From contig NC_043001.1 in assembly GCF_006345805.1 (NCBI RefSeq), forward strand, positions 1,178,001 to 1,242,000: a stretch of DNA of 64,000 nt, given 5' to 3'. Position 1 is the stretch's first letter, and the number at the start of each line of letters is the position of its first letter. Shown piece after piece: positions 12,263 to 24,058 of this stretch. Under the pieces are notes generated by a model. The model made no database searches. It was not told where the DNA came from and worked only from the letters and a program-made list of their open reading frames with translations. Source of the stretch: Octopus sinensis. Its lineage: Eukaryota. The position numbers and the translations under genes were made by a program.

Positions 12263-12374
12263 AGATACATATATGGGGACATCATCTAAAGGGAAATGTG
12301 CAAAGAAGAATTACTCAGAATTGTCAATGGAATGTATTTGACCATCAAGAAATGGAAACTGTTTTTAATGCACC

Positions 12375-12615
12375 CTAACCCTTCAAAAATTGCTGGCGTT
12401 GTGCATAAAGAAGAAAATTTGTTAAGATATCACACAAAATACTTTGTGGCATTTCTTCTGGCTTTTTATATTTTGAGTTCAAATCCTACCAAAATCAACT
12501 TTGCCTCTCATCTTTTTGGGAGTCAATGAAATAAAAATCAGTCAAGTACTGGAGTTGATGAAAGCAACTAACCCCTTCACTGAACATTGCTGGCCTTGTG
12601 TTAAAATTTGAAACC
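12375..12615 (+). mobile_element. SINE family B (Deu/Nin-like central domain), decayed
   Basis: GAGTTCAAATCC..CAACTTTGCCTCTCATC...AATAAAATCAGTC...GCTGGCCTTGTG...TTTGAAACC. Confidence 0.65.
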
Positions 12616-12890
12616 ATTATCTTTATTATCATTATTTGCAGTAGTATTATTTTTGAAAGAGGAGATTACTGAATCATCACGATTAAAGATAAGGTTTGGA
12701 ATTTTAAAGCATTATATGTACACAACTATTTTAATAAGCATTTTACCAGTTCAAGTATGCTTGAGGCTTATTTGAACCCATAAGAAAATCCCTCACTGCA
12801 TTTTGTAATAGAAAAAATTTCTCACTGTAAACAGATAGGTGTAAATACAGTGAGTCATTTCACAGTGTTGCCTAACCAGACTGTTGAATG

Positions 12891-12922
12891 TATGCATTTC
12901 AGAGTGGCTATCTCCTCTTCAG
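12891..12922 (-). ncRNA. Minimal type I hammerhead ribozyme core, all conserved nucleotides present
   Basis: Minus strand: ctgctg CTGAAGA GGAG atagcca CTCT GAAA TGCA TA cattcaacag. Stem II is 4 bp, stem III is the palindrome ATGCAT, the triplet is AUA, and stem I is weak. It lies inside a block with direct (12743/13082) and inverted (13036-13048/13162-13174) repeats. Confidence 0.7.
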
Positions 12923-14011
12923 CAGCAGAAACCAGAAAGGCAGACACTGCAAGCTGACACAAAAGACATGTCCCTCTTTTGATGTTCCTGTCATCATTTA
13001 GTGACTGGTTGTGCTATTCAGCAACTTGCTGTAAATACAGGGTGACAGCACCAAGCAGTGATGTATATAAATATGAATTTGTTACCAGTTCAAGTATGTT
13101 TGAGACCTACTCAAACCTATAACGAAGCCATTTACTGTTGCCATGGAGAAAACTTTTAGCACTGTCACCCTGTATACAATTATCTTTATTCATATAAATT
13201 TCTCTATATAACTAACAGACCCTTTGAAAAGTTTCACATAAAATGATGGTGGGCCTTAATCCCGAAACTATACATCAACAACTTTCAAAACTATAAAACA
13301 TATTGAAACACAAACACGCACACACACACATACATGCACACTTGCACACACACACGTGCACACTTGCACACACAAACAAAAAACAGCAAAGAAAATCAAA
13401 AGAACCTACAATGTTGCTATCAAGCAACTTAATAATAATAATCATAATAATAATGTTTATTTTTCCTCTCCATTCGCCTCAAGTTTATTTCTAAGCTGGC
13501 AGCCATTTTTGCTATCGTGGCTCTTTAACTCCTAATACAACTTTCATCTTATTGACTACCACACCAACAAGAACAACATTCTTATCGCCTTTTTATGGTG
13601 TTTACTATTATAGAACTCACTTTTCCTTTGTTGATCCGATTTAAAATATTAGCTTAGAAGTAGGATAACAACTAATATTGATTGGTCAAGTATTTTGCAG
13701 TGACACCAGGGTTAAATCAGTTCCTCACTCTTATCACTGATCCTATTAGATAATTTTTAGATTAAAACTTTACTTTTTTTTCCCTGCCCTCCCTTCTGTC
13801 ACCTTTATCCGTGATTATTTTCAATAATTGTTTTACAGTTTTACATCTATTTTTCAGCACACTGTTTCAATATCAATGCAAATATTAACATTTGATGAAC
13901 ATAGATATCATCATCATCATCATCATCGTCATCATCATCCTCACCAGTTCACATCTGTTAAATGATGATGATAACAATGATGATGGTTATATATATATAT
14001 ATCTTTTATCG

Positions 14012-14395
14012 TTTACTTCTTTCAGTCATTAGATTGCAGCCATGCTGGACCACCACCTTGAAAAGTTTTTTAATCGAATGAATTGACCCCAGTAGTTATT
14101 TTAAAAAATCCTGTAACATATTCTATTGGTCTCTTTTGCTGAACTGCTCAGTCATGGGGTGCAAAAACACACAACACCAGCTGTCAAGTGGTGGTGAGGG
14201 ACAAAACACACACACATACACACACACATGCATGCGCACACACACACAAACAGGATTCTTTCAGTTTCCAACAACCAGTTCTACTCACAAGGCTTTGGTC
14301 AGCCCAAGATTATAGTAGAAGACACATGCCCAAGATGTGACATAGAACTAAACCCCAAATCCTAAGGTTGGGAAGCAAGCTTCTTACCACACAGC
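14012..14395 (-). mobile_element. Family A SINE, near full length
   Basis: From TTTCAGTCATTAGATTGCAGCCATGCTGG (3' end) to GCTTCTTACCACACAGC (head). Confidence 0.8.
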
Positions 14396-14736
14396 AGGCT
14401 GGCCCCTACATACATACATTATTATCTCCTTTCAAACTATCCAACCCGTGCCAGCATAGAAAACAGATGTTAAATGATGATAACGATGATGATGATGATG
14501 ATGACATACACTCATACACATGATGGGCTTCTTACATTTTCCATCTACTGAATCCACTCATAAGGCTTTGGTCAGCCTGGGACTCTAGTAAAAGTCAATT
14601 TCCCAAGATGCCTTACAGCGGAACTGAACCTGAAGTCATGTGGTTGGGAAGCAAGTGTCCTAACCACACCCCATATTCCTGCACCTAAGATTGATTGATC
14701 TATCTGTCTCTTTGTCACTTTATCTGGCTGTCTGAA

Positions 14737-14798
<62 letters not shown>

Positions 14799-14844
14799 GC
14801 TATCTATCTGTCTGTCTGTCTGTCTATCTATCTATTTAATTTCT

Positions 14845-15045
14845 TTATTGCACACAAGGGGCTAATCATAGAGGGGACAAACAAGGACAGACAAAGGGAT
14901 TAAGTCGATTACATCGACCTCAGTGCATAACTGGTACTTAATTTATCGACCCCAAAAGGATGAAAGGCAAAGTCGATCTCAGTGGAATTTGAACTCAAAA
15001 TGTAGCGGCAGACGAAATACCGCTAAGCATTCGCCTGGCATGCTG
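14845..15045 (-). mobile_element. Family B SINE (Deu/Nin-like)
   Basis: CTGGTACTTAATTTATCGACCCCAAAAGGATGAAAGGCAAAGTCGA is the reverse complement of GCCTTTCATCCTTT.GGGGTCGATAAA.TAAGTACC, which resembles the Deu/Nin domain as I recall it. Confidence 0.75.
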
Positions 15046-15469
15046 TGTATGTGCATGTTTATTTACATCTGTGCTTGCATATTGACAAGTCATGACCCCG
15101 AGCAGTATTGCAATTGACTTTTTTCTTGTCAATAAATTATCCACTTTTGCTTCCTGCCTTCAAAGCTGGGTGGAACAAGAAATCTTTTGCTTGAAAAACT
15201 GGTAAGCATCAGAATTAGGAAGGGCACCTGACTATAAATGAATGTTCCAATAACATATTAGGTTAACCCATGCCTTAATAGAGAATCAGACAGTAAAAGA
15301 AGCAAATGAAAATAAATTCACACACACAATCAGCAGACTTACAATTCAATTACCAGAGATGATTCGGTCCACCTTTCTCTCCCTCTAAGCTTATTTTTGC
15401 CCAATATATTACGAACTATTATGTATAGCTTCATTTACAGTCCAGCAGCTCTTAAAAACTTCTTTTGGC

Positions 15470-16030
15470 TTCAAACAAACAAATCAAACATACACAATAG
15501 ACCTGATATAATGATTTGGAATAGAGAAGAGAAACTGAGTTCAGTTGTGGAAATTGACTGCCCAATGGATGTTAACATAAAGCTGATGTTCTATGAAAAA
15601 GAGAATGCCTACGTCGAACTATTGATAAATCTGCAGTTACTCTATCCAGATTACAAGTTCAGGTTTATACCTGTAAATATTGGGGCCCTGGCATATGTAA
15701 CACACTGCCTAAATACCAATCTTGGAAAATTAAGCTTCTCAAAACTAAAAAAGGAGAAAGCCAATACAGATCCAATTCATCACTGGAACTGAAGAAATCT
15801 GTAAAACTTTCCAGAAGTTTGTCATTTAAATATATATGAGCATGTTTAGATATGTAACTATATGCATTAGAATACATGCACAAAACAAACATACATACAT
15901 ACATACATACATACATACATACATACATACATACATACATACATACATAAAACAATACCCTGTTGTTGATGTTGAAATTCCTATGAAGGAAACTTGGATC
16001 TAGGTTTGAAACTGGTTCTTTCTCTATTGT
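15470..16030 (+). mobile_element. 5'-truncated R4/Dong-type non-LTR retrotransposon, restriction-like endonuclease end and 3' UTR
   Basis: ORF 15397-15792 contains HNRPDIMIWNREEK...VVEIDCPMDVNI...EKENAYVELL...IPVNIGALAYV, the PD-(D/E)xK RLE signature (RPD...E/D.x.P...K..KY..L...IPI.IGALG). The UTR contains (CATA)n at 15890-15948. Confidence 0.85.
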
Positions 16031-16034
16031 CAAG

Positions 16035-16290
16035 AAATCTTGAAACAGACACAGGTTTTGTTTGATCTCCTGAGTCTTACATGCATAGTGGGTTTACTAC
16101 CTACAATCTACGGTACCATGCTATCCATTCTTTTCAGTTATTTAATACTTTCCTGATTATTCTGGCCATACTAAGGAGGCAAACCTTTTGTAATAGTTCT
16201 ACTGAGCACTTTATTCCAATTTCCTTTATAATTCCCCTTGATGCCTTCTTATACTGTTCCCAAGGACCCAACAGTAATTGGCACTATCTT
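16035..16290 (-). mobile_element. R4/Dong-type RLE C-terminus, tail-to-tail with the preceding element
   Basis: Minus strand reads LWKMKIKIVPITVGSLGTV*...KEIGIKCSVELLQKVCLLSMARIIRKVLNN*. Confidence 0.8.
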
Positions 16291-16344
16291 TATCTTCATT
16301 TTCCATAGCCGGGTTATTCCATACTATTATCATAATTACTAAAA

Positions 16345-16570
16345 GACATTGAGCTGGCAGAAAAGTTAGCACACCAGGTGAAATGCTTAGTGGTATTTCG
16401 TCTGTCTTTATGTTCTGAGTCCAAACTCTGCCGAGGTCAACTTTGCCTTTCATTCTTTCAGGGTCGATAAATTAAGTACCTGCTGCATACTGGGGTCGAT
16501 CTAATAGACTGGCCCCCTCCCCCAAAATTTCGAGCCTTGTGTCTAGACTAGAAAAGATTATTATTATTAT
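16345..16570 (+). mobile_element. Family B SINE (Deu/Nin-like), near full length with (ATT)n tail
   Basis: GGCAGAAAAGTTAGCAC head, GAGGTCAACTTTGCCTTTCATTCTTTCAGGGTCGATAAATTAAGTACC, CCCCTCCCCCAAAATTTCG, (ATT)n. Confidence 0.8.
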
Positions 16571-17099
16571 TAGTTTTTCTTCCAATTTGAAAGTGATAGT
16601 ATGTTGTCAACTTAATGTGACAGCCCCATAAAAGAGAAGAATGCTACTGTTATTTAGCCCTAGGAAACACCGTTTCCTGTTGGACTTGACACGTTTCCTG
16701 TGTCCTTATGTTTTCAAAGTGGAGACAAGCACCTCCACCCAGCAAAGCTAGCTAAGTACCAATTGAGTACCGGAGTCAATATGAATGACTTGTCCGCTTG
16801 CTCAAAACTTGCTGGCCTTGTGCCAAAGTTTGAAACCAGCATTATTAATATTACGGCAGCAGCAAACTTTCAGCCTCATTGGCACATGGAACCAAAATGC
16901 TTGGCAGAATTTCTTCAATCTCTTATGTTCTGATTTCGAATCCCCTTCAGATGAATTTTGCTTTCCATCCATTTTCGGTTTTTTAGCTGATTGAATAAAA
17001 TATCAGGGAAGAACTGGGCATCAATGAACTCAACTGGCTTCTGCTCTCAATACGAATAGCTGCAGTCATAATTAGTAATAAATCATCATCATCATCATC

Positions 17100-17360
17100 A
17101 TGTTAGTTACAGATATTTTATCTTGATGTTTGGTGACAACAAGAATCTTATTTAGGACTCTTGCAGAAAATAAAATGGTAATTTTCTGCGGGTTCACGAT
17201 GTGAGTTTCAATTCCAATCTCTTTCAGTCTTTTAGGTTTATTATTATTATTATCATCATCCTCATCATTGTATTGTCTTTGCACAGCTTCTAACGCTGGA
17301 GATGTACTACGGTGTCAGCTGTTCATAGCAGTGAACTAAGGTAACACCCCTTATTTTTTG
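17100..17360 (-). mobile_element. Short R4/Dong-type 3' fragments nested in (TAA/TGA)n
   Basis: Minus ORF KRLKEIGIETHIVNPQKITILFSARVLNKIL matches the RLE C-terminal helix (L..IGI....LQK..L..SA.IL.KVL). A second ~80-bp island lies at 17275-17360 between triplet tracts. Confidence 0.65.
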
Positions 17361-17396
17361 GGCAGTTCTAAGCAATGCTGTTTATCATCATCATCA

Positions 17397-17443
<47 letters not shown>

Positions 17444-19358
17444 TACCTACTTATGTTGGTTACTTGACTAAACTGTAGATTTCAATACCAATTTTTATAC
17501 GATTAATTCCATTCATAGAGATGCTGATAAATTACAAGGTGCCAATCAGATACTAGTAGTAAGGTGTTAAGGGTGAATCAAAAGATAAAACAAGAATAAA
17601 ACAGTTTCTTTGCATCCAATACCCTGTACACACGATTTATGCTTCACCCAGTCACATCTTCTTTATTGATATGCATCAACATGACAATTGTTTGAGCTGG
17701 CTATTTTGATATTTTCCAATTCCCTTCGATATTCTTCAAATACCTACTCTAAAATAGACACATGCATCTCTCAACAACACCAGTCACATTATTTTAATCA
17801 CAATTCTATCAAACAACAACACTCTCCCCATAACAATATATTTTATGATGTTCAACTGTGTCCAAGCTCTATGTTATTGATGCATCACTGTGGCAATTCT
17901 TTGACTTAATCCCAAGAGATTTTTCCAATTCCCTTTGATATTCTTTAAATACATTAAGCAGATGCATATGTCTCGACAAAGTAATACACACGGGACAGGA
18001 TGCACATGGCTATAAACACCTTTCTCCATCGGTAAACTCAATGAGGACTGACCTTGGGTTAAACAACAACAGGAAAGGGCACATTGACTGATGGAGTCTT
18101 AGATACACTTTGTTTACAAGCAAAAAGACAGTAAGGTCATTACTGAAAAACCTAAGAGTGTTAATATAAATCTGCTTGATTGGAACTAAACAAACAGCAT
18201 CAACAACATAGAGAACATATTCTATAAGGTAGTCCTTGATACACAATGACAAGAAAATACATATCTTCATGCAAGATCATCGACAACAGAAACAGAGACA
18301 TTGTATAATGTATTCTTATAGTCCTAGATACACTTTGCCTATAAAAAGATAGTAGCATGGTTAATGACTAGAATACTTTAGATTACAAATAAACAGGTTT
18401 AATTGTGGATGAACCCGAAGCAAAGTGCAACCCTGGGCTATATTTAGTGACTTTCAAAGAGCAGGAATTTCAAGAACAATTCTGCTAAACGTTGGCAAAG
18501 CTGTTATTCACATCATGTAAAGGATGCCTGTGAGTTCATGTTGCTTCGTTATTTCAATCAGTTATTAATTATTCTCCTTATTTCTTACCAATTTCACTAA
18601 CAACAATCAACGACAATAGAAAGATACTATTTCTCACTGCATAAACTTGTTACACACATGTGGATGTATATTAATGAAGGTAAACCATATGAGTGGTGTT
18701 GGTGTGTAAATTTATACATAGACATATAAAATTATGAGTAGTGTACCCACGCACACGCACACACACACATAGATGCACTCTTGCACATATTCTCTTGGTT
18801 TCTCCAACATAACATTCCAATCTTGAAGATGTTTGATTGAATTCTTGCTGATTTTAATAAATGCTTGATATTTCAAATTCTCTCTTTTCATAGTTTTATG
18901 CAAATTTTAAGTAAACATTACAACCAATAACCCTGTACTCTGTAAGACACCAAGAATCTCTTCCTCTCTTTGTCTCTCTCTCTCTTTCTTTTTCTGTCTC
19001 TATTATATGTTTAATATGCATGCATAATGTTTAATGCATATATAATGTCCAACACGTATGTATATAATGTTTAGTATTTATATAGCCTACTATCATCATC
19101 GTCATCATCGTCATCATCATCATCATCATACTTATTTAATGTCCATTTCTCTCTGCTTGCATTGCTCTGATGGAGTTTATTTGAGGCAAATTCTCTGTGG
19201 CAAGATGCTCTTCCTGTCATCAACACTCCTCTCTTTCCCAGCATGATAATATTTCTTCATGTTCAGATATGTTGTGGTAGAATGTTGGAAATAAACGACA
19301 CTGCTTGTATGACAGTGACCCTCATTTATAACTGGCAGGAGATGTCATAACAAGGAGA

Positions 19359-19394
<36 letters not shown>

Positions 19395-20339
19395 TACATG
19401 ATTAGCTTCTTTCAGTTTCCATCAACCAATTCTACTAATAAGGCTTTGGTTGGCCAAGGGATTTGGTAGAAGGTACTCACTCAAGGTGCCATGCCGTAGG
19501 ATTGAACCTGGAACCTTGTGGCTGGGAAGTAAACTTCTTACAATACAGTTATATATATATATATACATACACACACACACATATATATGCATACAATATA
19601 TGTGTGCAATATATATATATATATATATATATATAGGTATATATACACACATGGATCAGACATGGTATGATTGAAGCAGAGTTTTATATGTCCAGATACC
19701 TGAACAACTTCTCACCTGTTTACAAACAAGGTAATATTTCCCTTAGTCTATTAAACAAGGAACAGCTTTCACAGATGATTGCAAACAAATGATCTTGTTT
19801 GTATAAATAGGGACGAGAAGAATACACACATGCATCTCCAGTTTCCATCAACCAAATTTCACTAACAAAGTCTTGGTCAATCTCCTGGTTGATTAACAGC
19901 TAAGGTGAAAGACAGCTTGTATGTGATAAGGAGGGCATCTAGCATTCATCTAACCCATGCCAGTATGGCGAAATTAACATAAAACACACACACAAATGTA
20001 TAGTCTACATTGGTTTTTGAGTTAGGGTTCTGATCTTTCTTGTCAGATCAAAGATTGGTATCCGAAAAGTCTTACTACTCCACATTGCCATGAAACAACA
20101 TAGGGTAGGTGTGTGTGGGGTGGTGGTGGTGGTTGTGGACTTTCTCAAAAGTGCAGATCAAGAGAAAATAGAAGACCAGTGAATGCTAATGATGCAACAG
20201 GTCTCTTCTCTCTCAAGGATGTCAAGGGCCAAGACAGTTTGATACCATTGTTGTTACAGGAGTTGGGTGAATAAAGTGGAAGCCAAAACTGAAAGACTTT
20301 TGCCATCAGCAATAACTTTCTCTCACCACTCAGACTTGT

Positions 20340-20590
20340 TATCTGTTACACTAACTCTCCATTGTCTTAGAGAGAATATTTATTTTTTGCATTTGAATTT
20401 ACTATGGAATTAACCAATCTGCGAAATTTATTCTCTATTTTTATGTTTGGTTGAATAAAGAACTTTCCATAAACATAATAATAGAAAAGAAAGTAATTTG
20501 AAAAGTCTTGTATTTTATAATTATCTGAGTAAATCCTTGGAGAACCAAAAAGGAATTTATGATGTTTTTTTCCAAGAATATAGTACAAAT
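20340..20590 (-). mobile_element. Possible decayed LINE ORF2 C-terminus
   Basis: FLFG...NYFLFYYYVYGKFFIQPNI..F..LV loosely resembles the LFG..N..I....YI..K...P...F tail of L1/Tx1-like ORF2; no diagnostic motif. Confidence 0.3.
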
Positions 20591-20955
20591 CAATTCACAA
20601 TCCAACATGGCTTGTTGTTGCTTATTTAATGACATGTTTGATCAGATCAATCTAAGTCATGATCAATGGAATTCCAGCCATGACCATCTCATCTAGTTTT
20701 TTTTCTGCTAGAGTCTATCTAAAACTGCAGTAATATGCCCTTCCATTTCTTTCAGAAAACTGTAGGAATTGTAAAGGATTTGTCTGCTATCTTTAGTGAG
20801 TTGAACAAACACATAAAGGCAATCCGCTTGGCTCCACCATGACAATATTGATATTGCTTACCCCTAGGTCCATAATGAAAAAGAAAACTTTAATCAAAAT
20901 CTGAACTAGGCTCGACCGTGCCACCTTTCTTCAGGAAAAAGGTGTTCCAGACTAC

Positions 20956-22046
20956 ATTTTCTAATGTATTCCTTTTTCAGGTGTGGAAGCAAGGATTCGA
21001 ATCGAAGGGCCTTAGATTCAACCTAGCTAAAACCAAAGTCCTAATAAGTAGGGAGGCAGACAAACCACAAATCCTTTCAGGTAGATGGCCCTGCTTGATC
21101 TGTTGAAGAGACGGAGGTAGAAACTCTATAAGATGTACAAAAAGTAAGCTATGGACACATAAGAGGTGCAGCAATATCAAAGGAAGGCTAACTGGGAAGA
21201 TCGTTTTTGTATGTGGCAGATGCTCAGGAGCAATAAATTCTGAAAATTCGCAGAGAACAACTTCCGCCACATTCCAGGGAGAAAAACTAGAAGTAGTTGA
21301 TAGCTCTTGTTACCTAGGTGATTAAGTCAGTAGCAGGGGAGGGTGCACTGAAAGTGTAGCTGCTAGAATAAGAAGAGCCTGGGAAAAGTTCAGAGAGCTC
21401 TTACCTCTGCTGGTGACAAAAGGCCTCTCGCTCAGAGTAAAAGGTTGAGGGAACCTATGGAAGAGGTAGACCCAGGAAGACCTGGGATGAGGTGGTGAAG
21501 CATGACCTTTGAACATTAGGTCTCACCGAGGCAATGACTAGTGACCGAGACCTTTGGAAATATGCTGTGCTTGAGAAGACTCAGCAAGCCAAGTGAGACC
21601 ATAAACCGTGGCCTATGCCAGTGGTGTAACCAGCCCACTTATGCGTACCTATCCTTCATTGGACACTAAACTCTGCTTGCAAAGACCTGTTGAGGCAAGT
21701 GAAATTGAAATCAAATTCGATGACAGCACCGCATGACTGGCTCCTGTGCTAGTGGAGCGCTAAGAGCACCATCCAGGGCCACTGACTAGCTCTCATTTCA
21801 GTGGCACATAAAATGCACCATTCGAGCATGATCGTTACCTGCGTTGCCTTACTGGCATTCGTGCTGGTGGCATGTAAAAACACCCTCTTGGAGTGGTTGG
21901 TGTTAGGAAGGCCATCCAACTGTAGAAACTCTGCCAGATCAGACTGGAGCCTGGTGCAGCCATCTGGTTTGCCAGTCCTCAGTCAAATCGTCCAACCCAT
22001 GCTAGCATGGAAAGCGGACGTTAAATGATGATGATGATGATGATGA
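20956..22046 (+). mobile_element. 5'-truncated, internally deleted RTE LINE (RT C-terminal part with PHD-like finger, 3' UTR, (TGA)n tail)
   Basis: QVWKQGFESKGLRFNLAKTKVL...WPCLIC*...RCTKSKLWTHKRC...FVCGRC...EVVDSSCYLGD*...AWEKFRELLPLL...KHDL*TLGLTEAMTSDRDLWKYAVLEKT; ~280 bp present at 46410-46690 is missing at ~21445. Confidence 0.92.
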
Positions 22047-22668
22047 AGTATGATTTGAAGGAAATTTGACTGCTATTTCTGTCAGATTTCATAACCCTAC
22101 AGAAGCTTTATCAGTGGCACAAAGGTTTATTGAAACAAAGTGGCTGTTTTTGCATCTCTTTCCTCCTTTTCTATTTTCCGGCAACATCTTTGATAAATGT
22201 CCAGAGATACTTTGGCATATCAAACTACAGATGCACAATACATATCTTGACCAAAACACACATATTTCACCAAAAATAAAAAAAACCCAAAAACAACATA
22301 AACATACAAAAATCAAACCAAATTTATTTTGTAGAAAAGCACAACCTAAAATGTCCTCTATAATATCTCAATGAAATAAAGATTTAATATATCAGATATT
22401 CTCATCAAATAACATAATGCCAAGTTTTAGCAATGAGTATCTCTCACTCACTCTCTCTCTCTCTCTCTCTGTTGGAGCCAGTTTTCTGTACTTGCAAAAA
22501 TAAATGTATCATTCAGAAAACAAATCTAAACTAAAACATAAATATATTTGAAATATTCATAGAACTGAGTCTACTTTTTTCAAAAATGCAATTGGCAGCT
22601 TATTTATTGGGAAGGAAGAATGAAAGAAAAACATCTAGAAAGGGGAAGAGAAAGTGAGTGATACATAA

Positions 22669-22716
<48 letters not shown>

Positions 22717-22774
22717 GTACATCTGCATGTATATATATATATATACACACACATATATATATGTACATATGTAC

Positions 22775-22808
<34 letters not shown>

Positions 22809-22827
22809 ATATATATATATATGTACA

Positions 22828-22867
<40 letters not shown>

Positions 22868-24058
22868 AGGAGAAAGACAGTCGTATGTATAACTGTTGAT
22901 CTATTGGAAGATGATGGAGTTATACAGCTGTCTGCATTAATACAGTGTCAGCCTGCTGGCAGGAGAGGAACCTGTTCATAACCTTGTTATCAGCACAGCA
23001 CAGTGTCTACGACAAAGACATTTACCAAACACTGGTTCAATACTCCCACATATAAATAGGTATATAAACCAATATACACATGTGTGTGTGTGTGTGTGTG
23101 CCTACATATATATTTATTTATTTATTTATTTATTGTATGTATGTGTGTTTGTGTGTTATAGAAGCATTCATGTGTATAACACAAGTAAAATCAAACATAA
23201 AAGAAATGGATTCACGCATACATGGAAGATACTTGCCCCAAGGGCTACTATGTGGCTCCTTTGGTGAGTCTCTCTTAATATAGACTTAAGCCAATTTATA
23301 CTTTGTGAATAATTAGTAGAAAGGTGTTATATCTGTCTGTCTATCTATCTATCTATCTATCTATCTGTCTGTGAGTGTGTGTGAAGGACAAACTATGTGT
23401 CCTCATTGGCATTTTACTGTCTGAATATATAATAAACAGTCTTAGTTTACATTCTTCATTAAGTGAAAGTCCCATAGTTTCAACTTTTCATGTGTGAAGA
23501 CTAAGAGATTGAAAACAAATCTCTTACTTGGAAAACAGGTTAGTGTTAACAACAGGAAGATCATCAAAGCCACACGAGGTTTGTCTGAACAAATTTTGTC
23601 TCATCGAAATATTGAACCACAAAAATGATTTGTTTTGGTATCTGTTTCCCCATCATAGTTTGGGTTAGACAAAAATTGAAAGATGTCCTTGCTGTCACTA
23701 AAGCTGATTTGTTTTACTTGTAAGGGATTTCTTATTCTAAGGGGCAAGGCCAGTGGATGCTTTTTGTTGACCGGGAAAGACAACAGGGTCACCGTTTGCA
23801 ACTCATAGACTTTTAGAGAAGCAGAAGATGATACAAACATGTAGACATACACACATGTAGACACACACACATGTGTATACATGTGTGTGTATGAATGTAT
23901 GGCAGACTGCTTTCAGTTTCTGTCAAATAACTCTTGGCCATAGGAGTCTCTTGCCCATTGTGCAATGCAGTGGCACTGAATTCAAAAGAGAATTTCTTAA
24001 GCCTTGCAGCAATTCTTATACCTACAGATATTCACACACACACACACACACACACACG

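Noticed and set aside
13243-13272. ATGATGG-TGGG..CCC-GAAAC-TATAC hammerhead-like string
   Set aside because: C3, A9 and the UH triplet are all non-consensus.
20044-20073. CAGATCA-AAGAT..ATCC-GAAA-AGTCT-TA hammerhead-like string
   Set aside because: Two core mismatches and an imperfect stem II.
22875-22933. Pre-miRNA-like hairpin (AGACAG..GTATAACT / AGTTATAC..CTGTCT)
   Set aside because: The stem is broken by a large asymmetric bulge and matches no miRNA I recognise.
23601-23882. 93-aa minus-strand ORF in non-repeat sequence
   Set aside because: It starts in a (TG)n tract, has no recognisable motif and no convincing acceptor/donor pair.
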